From IMG/VR virus record IMGVR_UViG_3300032327_000191: DNA of 64,000 nucleotides; one strand, given 5' to 3'. This document shows positions 1 to 8,506 of this stretch, one piece after another; positions within the stretch are counted from its first letter, which is position 1, and each line of letters opens with the position of its first letter. The notes under the pieces were generated by a model. That model was given only the letters and a program-made list of their open reading frames with translations, made no database searches and had not been told where the DNA came from. The DNA comes from an uncultured virus (IMG/VR IMGVR_UViG_3300032327_000191) (lineage: Duplodnaviria > Heunggongvirae > Uroviricota > Caudoviricetes). Both the position numbers and the translations under genes were made by a program.

Positions 1-64
1 ACCCTGTGTCGTACTTTAACGACTCACGCGCAACCAAGACCTATCAATCAAGAGAGGACAACTA

Positions 65-187
65 ATGAGTGACCCGTACTGCTCGTCGTGCCACGAATTG
101 TTAGGCACATCATTCATCACACTTAAAACACGCAATGTCTGTTTCGACTGTGGTCTGGACATTGCCGAGAAAGGAAAATCAAAATGA
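65..187 (+). CDS. Small zinc-ribbon protein (MSDPYCSSC...CFDC)
   Basis: Read manually; GAGGA RBS; two CxxC; ATGA overlap with next gene. Confidence 0.6.
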   Translation: MSDPYCSSCHELLGTSFITLKTRNVCFDCGLDIAEKGKSK

Positions 188-321
188 GTCAGCACGAATG
201 GCGCGTTATCGCGTACAGCGACCCTGTCGCAATGATGACCTGTGACCTGTGTGGACAGCGCAGAGTCATTCCCACGCTCAATCCAGAACCAGAATGTATC
301 AAAGAGACGGAGAATGTCTAA
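184..321 (+). CDS. Small hypothetical protein (CDLC motif)
   Basis: Read manually; ATGA and TAATG coupling on both sides. Confidence 0.55.
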   Translation: MSQHEWRVIAYSDPVAMMTCDLCGQRRVIPTLNPEPECIKETENV

Positions 322-908
322 TGTCTATTGAAGCATACGAACCAACACTAATTGACGAGACTACGCGAATCGCGTACTACTACGACAATCACGCACAGCA
401 CCCTGCCGAATGGTGGGACAGCGAGACTCTATCTATTCACAGTCTGTACTCATACGTCTATCGAGAATTGTCGTTTGGCAAAGACCCTGACGCAGACACT
501 CTAGATGATATTTGGTGCAACAATGACCGCTATGGTCGAGAGGAAGCAATCGAGCGACACTTTGCGCGTAAGGGACAGGCGTACTACATTCTCCACGACG
601 AGCATGGCATATCGCTATGGTACGCAACCGCCACAAACATCAACACAAACCCTGACCTTGATTGGATAATGTCCCACGTGCAAGAGTGGGAAGCGTACAG
701 CAAGGGAAAAGTGTACCTAGTCTCATTGGAGAAGCGCGTAACCTATCGCAACGACGATGACCCTAACGACGTGCGATACGACTGGGTAAACCACGAAGCC
801 ATTGGCGGTCTCATGTCAACCACTCACGAAGCGTTAGAGTACGAAGCCAAAGACTGCTTTGGCTTACACACAGACCTGAAAGTACCAGAATACTCTAGCC
901 AAGCGTAA
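321..908 (+). CDS. Hypothetical early protein, paralogue of 5466-6092
   Basis: Start moved to ATG 321 (TAATG overlap); shared motif E..Y/W.G.VY....KR..Y...GGL. Confidence 0.75.
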   Translation: MSIEAYEPTLIDETTRIAYYYDNHAQHPAEWWDSETLSIHSLYSYVYRELSFGKDPDADTLDDIWCNNDRYGREEAIERHFARKGQAYYILHDEHGISLWYATATNINTNPDLDWIMSHVQEWEAYSKGKVYLVSLEKRVTYRNDDDPNDVRYDWVNHEAIGGLMSTTHEALEYEAKDCFGLHTDLKVPEYSSQA

Positions 909-990
909 GCAAGAACAAGCAAGACTTACTAGGCAATATCACTAGCAAGCCTAAGCACTATCAAAGCATTATCACGAAAGGATAATCACA

Positions 991-1314
991 ATGCTAGATA
1001 ACGAAACATTAATCGAAGAACGACTCGCTGACGCGCGTGGAATCGCGTGGGACACCTGTCACAAAATCTATTTACTCATGGACGAAAAACAGGTCGAGCA
1101 AATGAGGGAGTACAATTACGACTCAATCATTACGTCAGACCAAGCCACACCAAAAATAATGTTGGAATACATACGCCGTTGGTGGTCAGATTCATGCGGA
1201 TTACGGTTTGTAGAATCGATACGCACCGACCACGACACTCCTAATCTTGGCTTTAAGAGACACGAGTGCGCAACAGTATTTGAGACCCTAATCCCACAAT
1301 TCGACGAGGAGTAA
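991..1314 (+). CDS. Conserved phage hypothetical protein (WDTCHKIY...SCGLRF)
   Basis: AAGGA RBS; motif recognised from other phage proteins. Confidence 0.75.
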   Translation: MLDNETLIEERLADARGIAWDTCHKIYLLMDEKQVEQMREYNYDSIITSDQATPKIMLEYIRRWWSDSCGLRFVESIRTDHDTPNLGFKRHECATVFETLIPQFDEE

Positions 1315-1319
1315 TCACA

Positions 1320-1526
1320 ATGGCAACATACAAAGTCACACACAATTACACGCTTGCCAAAATAGCGTATGTCTCTGCGGAGAGCGAAGAAGAAGCAAGG
1401 GAAATTGCAGACACTCTCTTGATTGAGAACCCTGAATTCGAGACAAATGGTGAACCAGTAGAGGGAGTCTTATCATTCTCAAATTACAGAGAGTACAACT
1501 TTACTGACGCAGAGGAAGTGGAGTAA
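1320..1526 (+). CDS. Small acidic protein, DpnD/PcfM-like motif (Y.V...V.AESEEEA)
   Basis: GGAG RBS; motif shared with 2296, 2631 and 25833. Confidence 0.7.
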   Translation: MATYKVTHNYTLAKIAYVSAESEEEAREIADTLLIENPEFETNGEPVEGVLSFSNYREYNFTDAEEVE

Positions 1527-1529
1527 CCA

Positions 1530-1850
1530 ATGAAACCAGTAGGTAAGTTTCACATTGCATACACAGATGACAATCGTCAAACAGTCTCTCGACTCATGGA
1601 GACTTATCAATCAATCGTTGGCAAGAAGAATGTTCATTCAGAGTTTCTTGAGCCTCTTGTCAACGCAAACAAACACACGCACTACATCAGAGTAATTACA
1701 CTTACTTCGCGCAAACTTGGTGTGACCAATGCCATGTACCTTGCAGGTAGTAAGGGTATTTACAATGACTTCATCTCAAGCAACTATCAGGAAAATCACA
1801 GGCAATCGTTACCAATTCGTTACCGTAAAAAGTGGCGATTGGCTCGCTAA
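1530..1850 (+). CDS. Hypothetical protein
   Basis: GGAG RBS; tight packing. Confidence 0.65.
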   Translation: MKPVGKFHIAYTDDNRQTVSRLMETYQSIVGKKNVHSEFLEPLVNANKHTHYIRVITLTSRKLGVTNAMYLAGSKGIYNDFISSNYQENHRQSLPIRYRKKWRLAR

Positions 1851-1903
1851 GCAATTAGCGTAGTAATAGTTGGAATGACCAACCCCAAGAAAGGACAACA
1901 CTA

Positions 1904-2284
1904 ATGGAATACAACGCAGTAAGCACACAGGTCGAGACCCCTCGCTACCCCACAGAGGATTGGGTACGCGAATTGGTCAGTAGCATTATCACGCTTCACA
2001 AAGACGGCAAGATTGACTTGGCGAACGGTATGCACCACTCGCTGACAGACATTCGTATGACGTTAAGTGAAATGGCTCGTCAGGGATTCATCGAGCCAAT
2101 CATGGTCGAAAAGACCGTTGAGGTGCGCGTCACCAAAGAGATGACAGTCTCAATCGAGGTTGAGCAATCAATCTTTGACGACGCTGACGAGATTGACCTT
2201 GACGAGTACCACGACTTGATTGAGGATGAAGCAGACGGAGAATGGCGCGACTGCTGGGAAACCAACTACGAGAACATCACATAG
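1904..2284 (+). CDS. Hypothetical acidic protein
   Basis: AAGGA RBS. Confidence 0.7.
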   Translation: MEYNAVSTQVETPRYPTEDWVRELVSSIITLHKDGKIDLANGMHHSLTDIRMTLSEMARQGFIEPIMVEKTVEVRVTKEMTVSIEVEQSIFDDADEIDLDEYHDLIEDEADGEWRDCWETNYENIT

Positions 2285-2295
2285 GGAGGTTGACA

Positions 2296-2472
2296 ATGCC
2301 TAAATACAAACTCACAGCAACGTTTTACTACTGGGATTATATTGACGCTGATTGCCCTAGAGACGCTGTACAGATGTTTAAGGACAGCGTTGAGTACCAA
2401 GTGTTTGACCAAAACGACGGTTACAAAATTAAGTGGAAACAACAACAGGTAAGGGAGACCAACAATGAGTAA
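2296..2472 (+). CDS. Small protein, DpnD/PcfM-like motif
   Basis: GGAGG RBS before ATG 2296. Confidence 0.65.
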   Translation: MPKYKLTATFYYWDYIDADCPRDAVQMFKDSVEYQVFDQNDGYKIKWKQQQVRETNNE

Positions 2473-2638
2473 TCACACAGAACTCAACCTGTGGATTAGC
2501 AAGACCGCTGGTGTCCACAGAAACTACGACCTAAAGAACGCACAGTACGACCTGCTATACCGGTTGTACTACACGCTCACACCTGAGCAGAGAAAACAAA
2601 TCAACTCTGACCTGACAAGGGAGAACAGCAATGCCTAA
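2465..2638 (+). CDS. Hypothetical protein (MSNHTELNLW...)
   Basis: Read manually; AAGGGAG RBS; fills the gap between neighbours. Confidence 0.6.
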   Translation: MSNHTELNLWISKTAGVHRNYDLKNAQYDLLYRLYYTLTPEQRKQINSDLTRENSNA

Positions 2639-2807
2639 TTACACAGTCACTCTGTACGAAACTATCTACCACACCGTAGATGTCGAAGCAGATTCCGCAG
2701 ACAAAGCGGTCGCTTTGGCAATGAACACCGTTACTGGGGATGTGGGAGACTACGAAACCGAATCACAGGGTATCAACTCGTGGTCGTGGGAAATAGAGGA
2801 AGCGTGA
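2631..2807 (+). CDS. Small protein, DpnD/PcfM-like motif (MPNYTVTL...VEADSADKA)
   Basis: Read manually; AAGGGAG RBS; TGATG coupling. Confidence 0.65.
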   Translation: MPNYTVTLYETIYHTVDVEADSADKAVALAMNTVTGDVGDYETESQGINSWSWEIEEA

Positions 2808-3067
2808 TGACTAAACAATACTTACCAATTCTTGACTTTGACCTTGATTCAGCCTTTGTTCACATCGAGACCAACGGAACTTTGTTTAACCTGTGCTACA
2901 CAGACGGCATCAATGAGTGGAGTGAGCCGTACCCTGCTCTGTCTGTGGCTATCATGCGTCTCGCTGTCCTCACAGAGTGCGATGACAAAGGTACGCTCAT
3001 GTTCCAACACAACCATTTGACATTCTCCGACCACGCAACCGAATTCATTTACAGAGAGGTTATCTAA
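2807..3067 (+). CDS. Hypothetical protein
   Basis: ATG 2807 coupled to upstream stop. Confidence 0.65.
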   Translation: MTKQYLPILDFDLDSAFVHIETNGTLFNLCYTDGINEWSEPYPALSVAIMRLAVLTECDDKGTLMFQHNHLTFSDHATEFIYREVI

Positions 3068-3318
3068 TGTCCAGTAGTGGAATCACTTACTTCGTTGTTG
3101 CCTACGACAACGACACCATGCGATTCACCGTTGACGAAGCCAAGCGTAGCGAGATGTTTCGTTGCGACACTTGGGACACAGTAGACGAGTGCTGGTGCTA
3201 CCTAGACACCAACCTTGATATGCCAGATGACATGAAAAGTCTGACCTACGGACTGACCCAGATTCTCGAAGAAGCACAGAAAGGAGACGGATATGAGTAC
3301 AACCTCGGTATCGATTAA
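3067..3318 (+). CDS. Hypothetical protein
   Basis: TAATG coupling; GAGG RBS. Confidence 0.65.
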   Translation: MSSSGITYFVVAYDNDTMRFTVDEAKRSEMFRCDTWDTVDECWCYLDTNLDMPDDMKSLTYGLTQILEEAQKGDGYEYNLGID

Positions 3319-3577
3319 GGACTATCAATGCCCCGAATGTGGCGCGACTTACGCCAGCAAGTCATCGGAGTGCTGTGACGAGTGTGTAGATACATTCTAT
3401 GTCGCAGATGAATTCCCGAGCAATGTCCAGCGGTTGCCAGAAACTCTGGTTACTCTCCCTCGCGTTTACCTGATTACACTCAGAGTCACAGACAAAGACA
3501 TTGACTACTCAAAGTTGCGATGGCTTTTGGAAGAAGCAGGACACATTCTCAACATCAAGGAGATTGACAATGAGTAA
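3293..3577 (+). CDS. Zinc-ribbon protein (CPEC...CDEC)
   Basis: AGGAG RBS; CxxC pairs. Confidence 0.65.
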   Translation: MSTTSVSIKDYQCPECGATYASKSSECCDECVDTFYVADEFPSNVQRLPETLVTLPRVYLITLRVTDKDIDYSKLRWLLEEAGHILNIKEIDNE

Positions 3578-3764
3578 GCAAGAAAACTCGTCGGTGTACT
3601 CAATGACTGATGAAGAAATCATCGGTGCAGTAGCAATCATCTACACGCACGGCAGTCTAACCGAGCAAGAATACACAACGTGGGTCTCACGTCTGTGCGA
3701 CCAGTACGGATTCGACGAGAGCAGTCTGCTCAAGAAAGTGAAAGAGAAGGCAAACAATGTCTGA
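3570..3764 (+). CDS. Hypothetical protein
   Basis: AGGAG RBS before ATG 3570. Confidence 0.6.
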   Translation: MSKQENSSVYSMTDEEIIGAVAIIYTHGSLTEQEYTTWVSRLCDQYGFDESSLLKKVKEKANNV

Positions 3765-3867
3765 GCAACCATTGATTAGTGGTACTTGTGATTCCTGCGA
3801 GGAGTACATGATTCTCAAGTATTTTCCCGAGACCGGCAACTACCTCTGCCCCGATTGCGTGGATTGA
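3757..3867 (+). CDS. 36-aa zinc-ribbon protein (CDSC...CPDC)
   Basis: Read manually; two CxxC. Confidence 0.55.
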   Translation: MSEQPLISGTCDSCEEYMILKYFPETGNYLCPDCVD

Positions 3868-3892
3868 CAACCTGCTTACAACCCTGTAAGTT
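3864..3892 (+). promoter_or_regulatory. SigA/sigma70-type promoter TTGACA-N17-TAAGTT
   Basis: Perfect -35, 17-nt spacer and TANNNT -10 upstream of the HNH gene. Confidence 0.6.
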
Positions 3893-3925
3893 GGAACTAA
3901 CAACAACCCCATAGAAACAACTGAT

Positions 3926-4324
3926 ATGACTGATAAATTTTACGCAAAAGTCAATAAGACAGACTCGTGCTGGCTATGGACTGGTCATATAAACAATGTC
4001 GGGTATGGGAGATACAACGGAAAAGGAATTCCTAGTGGGTATGTTCACAGAACCGCCTTTTACTGGGCAAATGGATACCTTCCAGAAAAACCAAATATAG
4101 TCGGTCATCTATGTGAAGTTAGAAACTGCGTTAATCCCGAACACTTACAAGAGCAATCACAATCAGAAAATGTAAAGCAATATACATACAAAATAACTTT
4201 TTGCCCAAAGGGGCATGAGTACACAGAAAACAACACTTACATCCGACCAAATGGCGCACGGAAATGCCGTGAATGTCACCGAGTAACAACGAATAAGAAA
4301 AGGAAAAACGATAATGGGTCTTGA
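3926..4324 (+). CDS. HNH homing endonuclease with C-terminal zinc domain
   Basis: CWLWTG...YG...HR...HLC...CVNPEHL...EN; CPKGH...CREC. Confidence 0.9.
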   Translation: MTDKFYAKVNKTDSCWLWTGHINNVGYGRYNGKGIPSGYVHRTAFYWANGYLPEKPNIVGHLCEVRNCVNPEHLQEQSQSENVKQYTYKITFCPKGHEYTENNTYIRPNGARKCRECHRVTTNKKRKNDNGS

Positions 4325-4793
4325 CCAATATCTATTCGCTAACAAGCACCTCAACGGATACGACTACGACTGGAAAACGGATGTGCCGTTGCCCACACCC
4401 GAATTCGATGCGGTTATGACTGCCACAGGTCTTGAGCGCACCGACTTCCAGACTGATATGCCGTCTGTACAACTTTCGTTTAAGGTCGGTTACTGGCGCA
4501 AGCAGAACGCAATCCACAACTGGTTCGTTGACACCGTAGGTAATGGCGAGGACAACTGCCAGCCATACTACGTCAGTCGTTCTGACCTAGATGAATTGGT
4601 CTCTTTGTGCCAGTCTGCTCTGGCTGACAAGAACCCAGACATCTTGCCCCCTATGGACGGATTCTTCTTTGGCTCTACCGAGATAGATGACACCTACTGG
4701 TGGAGTATCCAGTACACGCTGGATATGGTCTCCGCCATTCTCGACAACCCAAAGTTTGCAGACTGCGACTTTGAGTATCAGGCTTCGTGGTAA
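4314..4793 (+). CDS. Conserved phage hypothetical protein (MGLDQY...YWRK.NAIH.WF...YQASW)
   Basis: Recognised widespread phage motif; function unknown. Confidence 0.8.
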   Translation: MGLDQYLFANKHLNGYDYDWKTDVPLPTPEFDAVMTATGLERTDFQTDMPSVQLSFKVGYWRKQNAIHNWFVDTVGNGEDNCQPYYVSRSDLDELVSLCQSALADKNPDILPPMDGFFFGSTEIDDTYWWSIQYTLDMVSAILDNPKFADCDFEYQASW

Positions 4794-4802
4794 GGACACA
4801 CA

Positions 4803-5282
4803 ATGCTAACTTTCGACAACGAACTGCAAGCCGTGCGTGACGCATCTGGCTTCACCGAAGAACAACTGCTCATTCTTGAGTCTGAGTTTGAGACCGCGTA
4901 TGACGAATCACAGAAACTACTCAACAACATTGACGCTCTGTGGGAATTCCAAGACGAGTTACGTAGTATCTCTAAGCGCGACAGTTTCCGTGACGCGCTT
5001 GTGCGTATGGGAGAACGCAAATTTGTCAGCCTACTGAGTGGAATCAATGAGACTCAGGCGCAGGTAGACAGGTGTGTACGCAACGAACACGAACGTTACT
5101 TCGAGTCTCTTGACACTCTGGAATCAATCGTTCACGAGTGTGTCAAGAACGGTGTGCTTCACCAAAATGCACCGTGGGAACTCTCCAATGGGCGTATGTT
5201 CCCCTCTGCTACACGCATCATGAAGCACCGCACCGACCTGAAAAACGTCATCATCGCACGAGAGATACGGGACAATGACTGA
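4803..5282 (+). CDS. Hypothetical helical protein
   Basis: AAGGA RBS. Confidence 0.7.
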   Translation: MLTFDNELQAVRDASGFTEEQLLILESEFETAYDESQKLLNNIDALWEFQDELRSISKRDSFRDALVRMGERKFVSLLSGINETQAQVDRCVRNEHERYFESLDTLESIVHECVKNGVLHQNAPWELSNGRMFPSATRIMKHRTDLKNVIIAREIRDND

Positions 5283-5469
5283 GAAAAGCGAACACATCAT
5301 TAGGCAAGAACACTTCGTCTCTGGTTGGGAAAGCGGAGAGGAAGCCGAGCGCAGTCGTATCATTGCTCTGCTGGAAAATATGCGTGATGAATGTCAGGAA
5401 GCAGATGACCTTCACGGCGCGACTATTGTTCGCGTTGCTCAGACGCTTATTAAGGGAGAGAACAAATGA
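5275..5469 (+). CDS. Small ERxRII..LL...LIKGE family protein
   Basis: Motif shared with four genes at 20.4-21.5 kb. Confidence 0.7.
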   Translation: MTEKSEHIIRQEHFVSGWESGEEAERSRIIALLENMRDECQEADDLHGATIVRVAQTLIKGENK

Positions 5470-6092
5470 GTGAGCCAATCTATGCGTTCCCTCTGGGAGA
5501 TGACTACCGCGTAGCCGTATACGCCGACCCTGATGCCGAATGGTATCCCCCGTACGAGAACTGGGAGAGTGTAGGTATTCACACTCTGACCATGAGCGAG
5601 GACAACACCCCTATCTACCACACCCCTGTGGGTGCAGAGTCAGTAAGTGAGTGGCTTGTCAATCACTACGCAGGTGTAGATGTTCACACAGGCGCACACA
5701 GCGACCACCTTGAGCGAGGTATGTTCGATTACTTTAAATCTCTTGGCACTCAGGCTTGTCTCCTCGCTATGAATGGTCACTTGAGCAGTCAATGGGGAAT
5801 CGTACTCTTGTACAACGCAGTCAAAGACGAGGTAGATATTGCCCGCAACAAACTTGACAACCACGCCAGCGAACTAACAGACTGGTGGCGTGGGGACGTG
5901 TACATGGCGCAGATTCAGAAACGGACTGTGTACCGTGCAGACAACAACAAGATGGTGATTCTCTGGGAACGCGCTGACGATGTACAGCCCAACACAGCAG
6001 GTGGACTGTACCTGTCTGGAGATGCAACCTTAAACAACGTTCTTCGTGGCATTGGATGGATAGATACCGAACACTTTTGGGAGAACAACTAA
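5466..6092 (+). CDS. Hypothetical early protein, paralogue of 321-908
   Basis: WWRGDVY...QKRTVY...GGL. Confidence 0.75.
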   Translation: MSEPIYAFPLGDDYRVAVYADPDAEWYPPYENWESVGIHTLTMSEDNTPIYHTPVGAESVSEWLVNHYAGVDVHTGAHSDHLERGMFDYFKSLGTQACLLAMNGHLSSQWGIVLLYNAVKDEVDIARNKLDNHASELTDWWRGDVYMAQIQKRTVYRADNNKMVILWERADDVQPNTAGGLYLSGDATLNNVLRGIGWIDTEHFWENN

Positions 6093-6280
6093 TGAGTACA
6101 TGGCAAGACGATGACGAAGTAGTCACCACTTACCGCACCATACAGCAGATTAAGTCAGAGTTTTATCAAGAAGGTGTGAAGTCTATGGAGAGTAAAGTAT
6201 TCAGTCTCCAAGAACAACTCCGGGCATCTCAGGCTCTTACCGAACGACTCATGAACGAACGCAAAGAAGGGAAAAAATAA
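6092..6280 (+). CDS. Small coiled-coil protein
   Basis: TAATG coupling. Confidence 0.6.
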   Translation: MSTWQDDDEVVTTYRTIQQIKSEFYQEGVKSMESKVFSLQEQLRASQALTERLMNERKEGKK

Positions 6281-6615
6281 TGGAAATACCACCCAACGAA
6301 CTGGGTTACGACCTTAACGTCTATGACCGAGGTGGAGACCTGAACGACTACGCTGTTGGCTCTGAGGAGTGGGTAATCCTTGTCCACCATCTCGAACTGG
6401 GTTACGACAAGCAGTTACAGACTGGGGAATGGATTGAGGGCATTGAGTATGTTCTAACCCCCAACGAGTCAGCGCAACTAACGCTTGGTCTCACGCCCGA
6501 GCAAGGTGGGCAGTATGACTGTGACACCGACTTCTTCATCGACCCTGCTGGATTCCTTGATGTCTACAAAGACATCCCCAACGGTGTACGCGAATTCGTA
6601 CAGCAATTCATCTAG
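6280..6615 (+). CDS. Hypothetical acidic protein
   Basis: TAATG coupling. Confidence 0.65.
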   Translation: MEIPPNELGYDLNVYDRGGDLNDYAVGSEEWVILVHHLELGYDKQLQTGEWIEGIEYVLTPNESAQLTLGLTPEQGGQYDCDTDFFIDPAGFLDVYKDIPNGVREFVQQFI

Positions 6616-6629
6616 AAAGGATAACTACA

Positions 6630-6869
6630 ATGTCTGACTACGATACTTGGCTATCGACCAACCCTAATGATGCATACGCCGAGAAAGAGATGGCACAGAA
6701 CCTTGAGTGTGACTGTGGCTGGAATGGCACTCTCGACGTTGAGGTAAGCATTAGCCGGTACTCCATGAACTTCGTCTGGGACTGCCCCGACTGTGGTGAG
6801 AACCATGAAGAAGAGGGAGACTACTCCGAGGATGACTACATCGACAGCGACCCCACGTCGGAATACTGA
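6630..6869 (+). CDS. Acidic zinc-ribbon protein (CDC...CPDC)
   Basis: AAGGA RBS. Confidence 0.7.
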   Translation: MSDYDTWLSTNPNDAYAEKEMAQNLECDCGWNGTLDVEVSISRYSMNFVWDCPDCGENHEEEGDYSEDDYIDSDPTSEY

Positions 6870-7012
6870 TGCTAGTACCATCTGACCCACGCTCACAGAC
6901 CGCGCCAATGGATGCGATAGCAGATGTCATCGCTGACTTTGACGCAGGGTACTGCAACCCTCTCGAAACCCTGTCAAGTATTCGTGGCATCGTCATAGAG
7001 TGGAGAATCTAA
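6869..7012 (+). CDS. Small hypothetical protein
   Basis: Read manually; TGATG coupling. Confidence 0.45.
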   Translation: MLVPSDPRSQTAPMDAIADVIADFDAGYCNPLETLSSIRGIVIEWRI

Positions 7013-7041
7013 CTTTGTCCAAAACAACCAAAGGTCAATCA

Positions 7042-7248
7042 ATGAATAATCAGCAAGCAGTCTCAGTCATGAGTCAGGCAGTACAGACACTCATCAAGTG
7101 TCACGGCGTACACGATTTGTCATCTACCACGCGACTCACACTCCGCATCCTCAATGACGCGATTGGCGCAGAGGAGTGGGAGTCTGACGGGTTCGTAGAG
7201 CGGTACTCCAGCGCAATCACGATGGCACAGAGCATTGTTAAAGGGTAA
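7042..7248 (+). CDS. Hypothetical protein
   Basis: AAGG RBS before ATG 7042. Confidence 0.6.
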   Translation: MNNQQAVSVMSQAVQTLIKCHGVHDLSSTTRLTLRILNDAIGAEEWESDGFVERYSSAITMAQSIVKG

Positions 7249-7357
7249 ACAACCTCTGGTGTTTGGCTGGTGCATGACCAAAGACCACGACAAATGCCCC
7301 TACGACCTCGTCTCACAGCCCGGAACACTCTGTGAATGTGAATGCCATGCTAAGTAA
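7235..7357 (+). CDS. Small Cys/His metal-binding protein (GWC..H..C...CECECH)
   Basis: Read manually; motif typical of actinophage microproteins; start uncertain. Confidence 0.5.
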   Translation: MLKGKQPLVFGWCMTKDHDKCPYDLVSQPGTLCECECHAK

Positions 7358-7375
7358 TATCAAAAGGAACTAAAA

Positions 7376-7648
7376 ATGCACAATCTGGAAGATGCACTCT
7401 GCGCCCAAACTGACCCTGACGCATTCTTTGAAGAAGCTTCCCCAAATGCACAAGTCTTTGCCGTCAGGCTTTGCGTTAAGTGCCCCTTGAAAAAGCAGTG
7501 CCTTGAGACGGCTCTCAAGACCCCATACATGGATGACTACGGAGTATGGGGCGGGACAACAAGAGCAGAGCGTAGGCGTATGCGAACAGAGAGAAACAGG
7601 CAGTACAGGCTGCTAGAAGGGACAACCAATGTTGTACACAACGATTAA
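7376..7648 (+). CDS. whiB: WhiB-family transcription factor
   Basis: C...DPDAFF...CxxC.....C; GVWGG turn; basic tail. Confidence 0.95.
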   Translation: MHNLEDALCAQTDPDAFFEEASPNAQVFAVRLCVKCPLKKQCLETALKTPYMDDYGVWGGTTRAERRRMRTERNRQYRLLEGTTNVVHND

Positions 7649-7662
7649 GGAGACACTGACTA

Positions 7663-7866
7663 ATGCAGTTAAACGAATGGCTGACCGCGCACGAGGTCGC
7701 AGAGTACGCGAGTATTCCCTACCCACACCTTTGGACTTATCAAAAGCGAGGCATCCTTCCAATGCCCGACCAGTACATCGGGAACAAGCCCCTATGGAGT
7801 CGCAGTCTTATCGAGTCGTGGAACTTCGAATGGAATCGCCGGACTCGGCAGGAAACTAAAGAATGA
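7663..7866 (+). CDS. AlpA/MerR-like HTH DNA-binding protein
   Basis: LTAHEVAEY...G.LP.PD..IG..PLW...I..W; AGGAG RBS. Confidence 0.85.
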   Translation: MQLNEWLTAHEVAEYASIPYPHLWTYQKRGILPMPDQYIGNKPLWSRSLIESWNFEWNRRTRQETKE

Positions 7867-8456
7867 AAAAGTATCAAGCAGTAGCAATAGTCTTTCTACT
7901 TGTACTCAGTCTCGGGGCATTCCCAGCCAATTATCTGGATGGGTCAAAGTACAACCATTATCAGTCAAAGCCTGTTTCAACACAAACCGTGACGGCTAAA
8001 GGCAAAGAGGTGAATGTGGCTCGGGGTCTAGGCATCTACATCCCAAGCATGATTTACCCAGTCGGTCGATACGTTCCCGTGACATCGGGCTTTGGGTATC
8101 GAACTGCACCCTGCGCAACGTGCTCTAGTAACCACGAAGGATTAGACTTCAATCCCGGCTATGGAACGCCAGTTTATTCAGCAACAGATGGGACAGTAAT
8201 CTGGGTAGGAATGGAAGGAAGTCTTGGCTATCACGTAGTCATAGCAGATGCAGGGACATGGCAACTCTACTACGGGCATATGATAGATGGGTCAGCCCCA
8301 TCAAGCGTCATCATCGGAAGCACCATCAAGAAGGGGGACTTGATTGGTAAGGTCGGCAGCACAGGGCAGTCAACTGGGGCGCACCTGCACTTTGCCATCC
8401 AAGATGGAAAAGCCTTTGTAGACCCTTACCCACTACTCCAAAAGTATGCAGAATAG
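7863..8456 (+). CDS. M23 peptidase with N-terminal signal/TM segment
   Basis: HEGLD (HxxxD), YGH and HLH motifs; hydrophobic N-terminus. Confidence 0.92.
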   Translation: MKKYQAVAIVFLLVLSLGAFPANYLDGSKYNHYQSKPVSTQTVTAKGKEVNVARGLGIYIPSMIYPVGRYVPVTSGFGYRTAPCATCSSNHEGLDFNPGYGTPVYSATDGTVIWVGMEGSLGYHVVIADAGTWQLYYGHMIDGSAPSSVIIGSTIKKGDLIGKVGSTGQSTGAHLHFAIQDGKAFVDPYPLLQKYAE

Positions 8457-8476
8457 GGTGTGGCACAATTCAAACA

Positions 8477-8506
8477 GTGTCGTTTACTGTTATCAGATAA
8501 CTAGTC
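8477..8506. repeat. Palindromic site GTTATCAGATAAC, copy 1, at the convergent strand junction
   Basis: gtgtcgtttACTGTTATCAGATAACtagtc; near-identical copy at 9138-9166. Confidence 0.7.
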
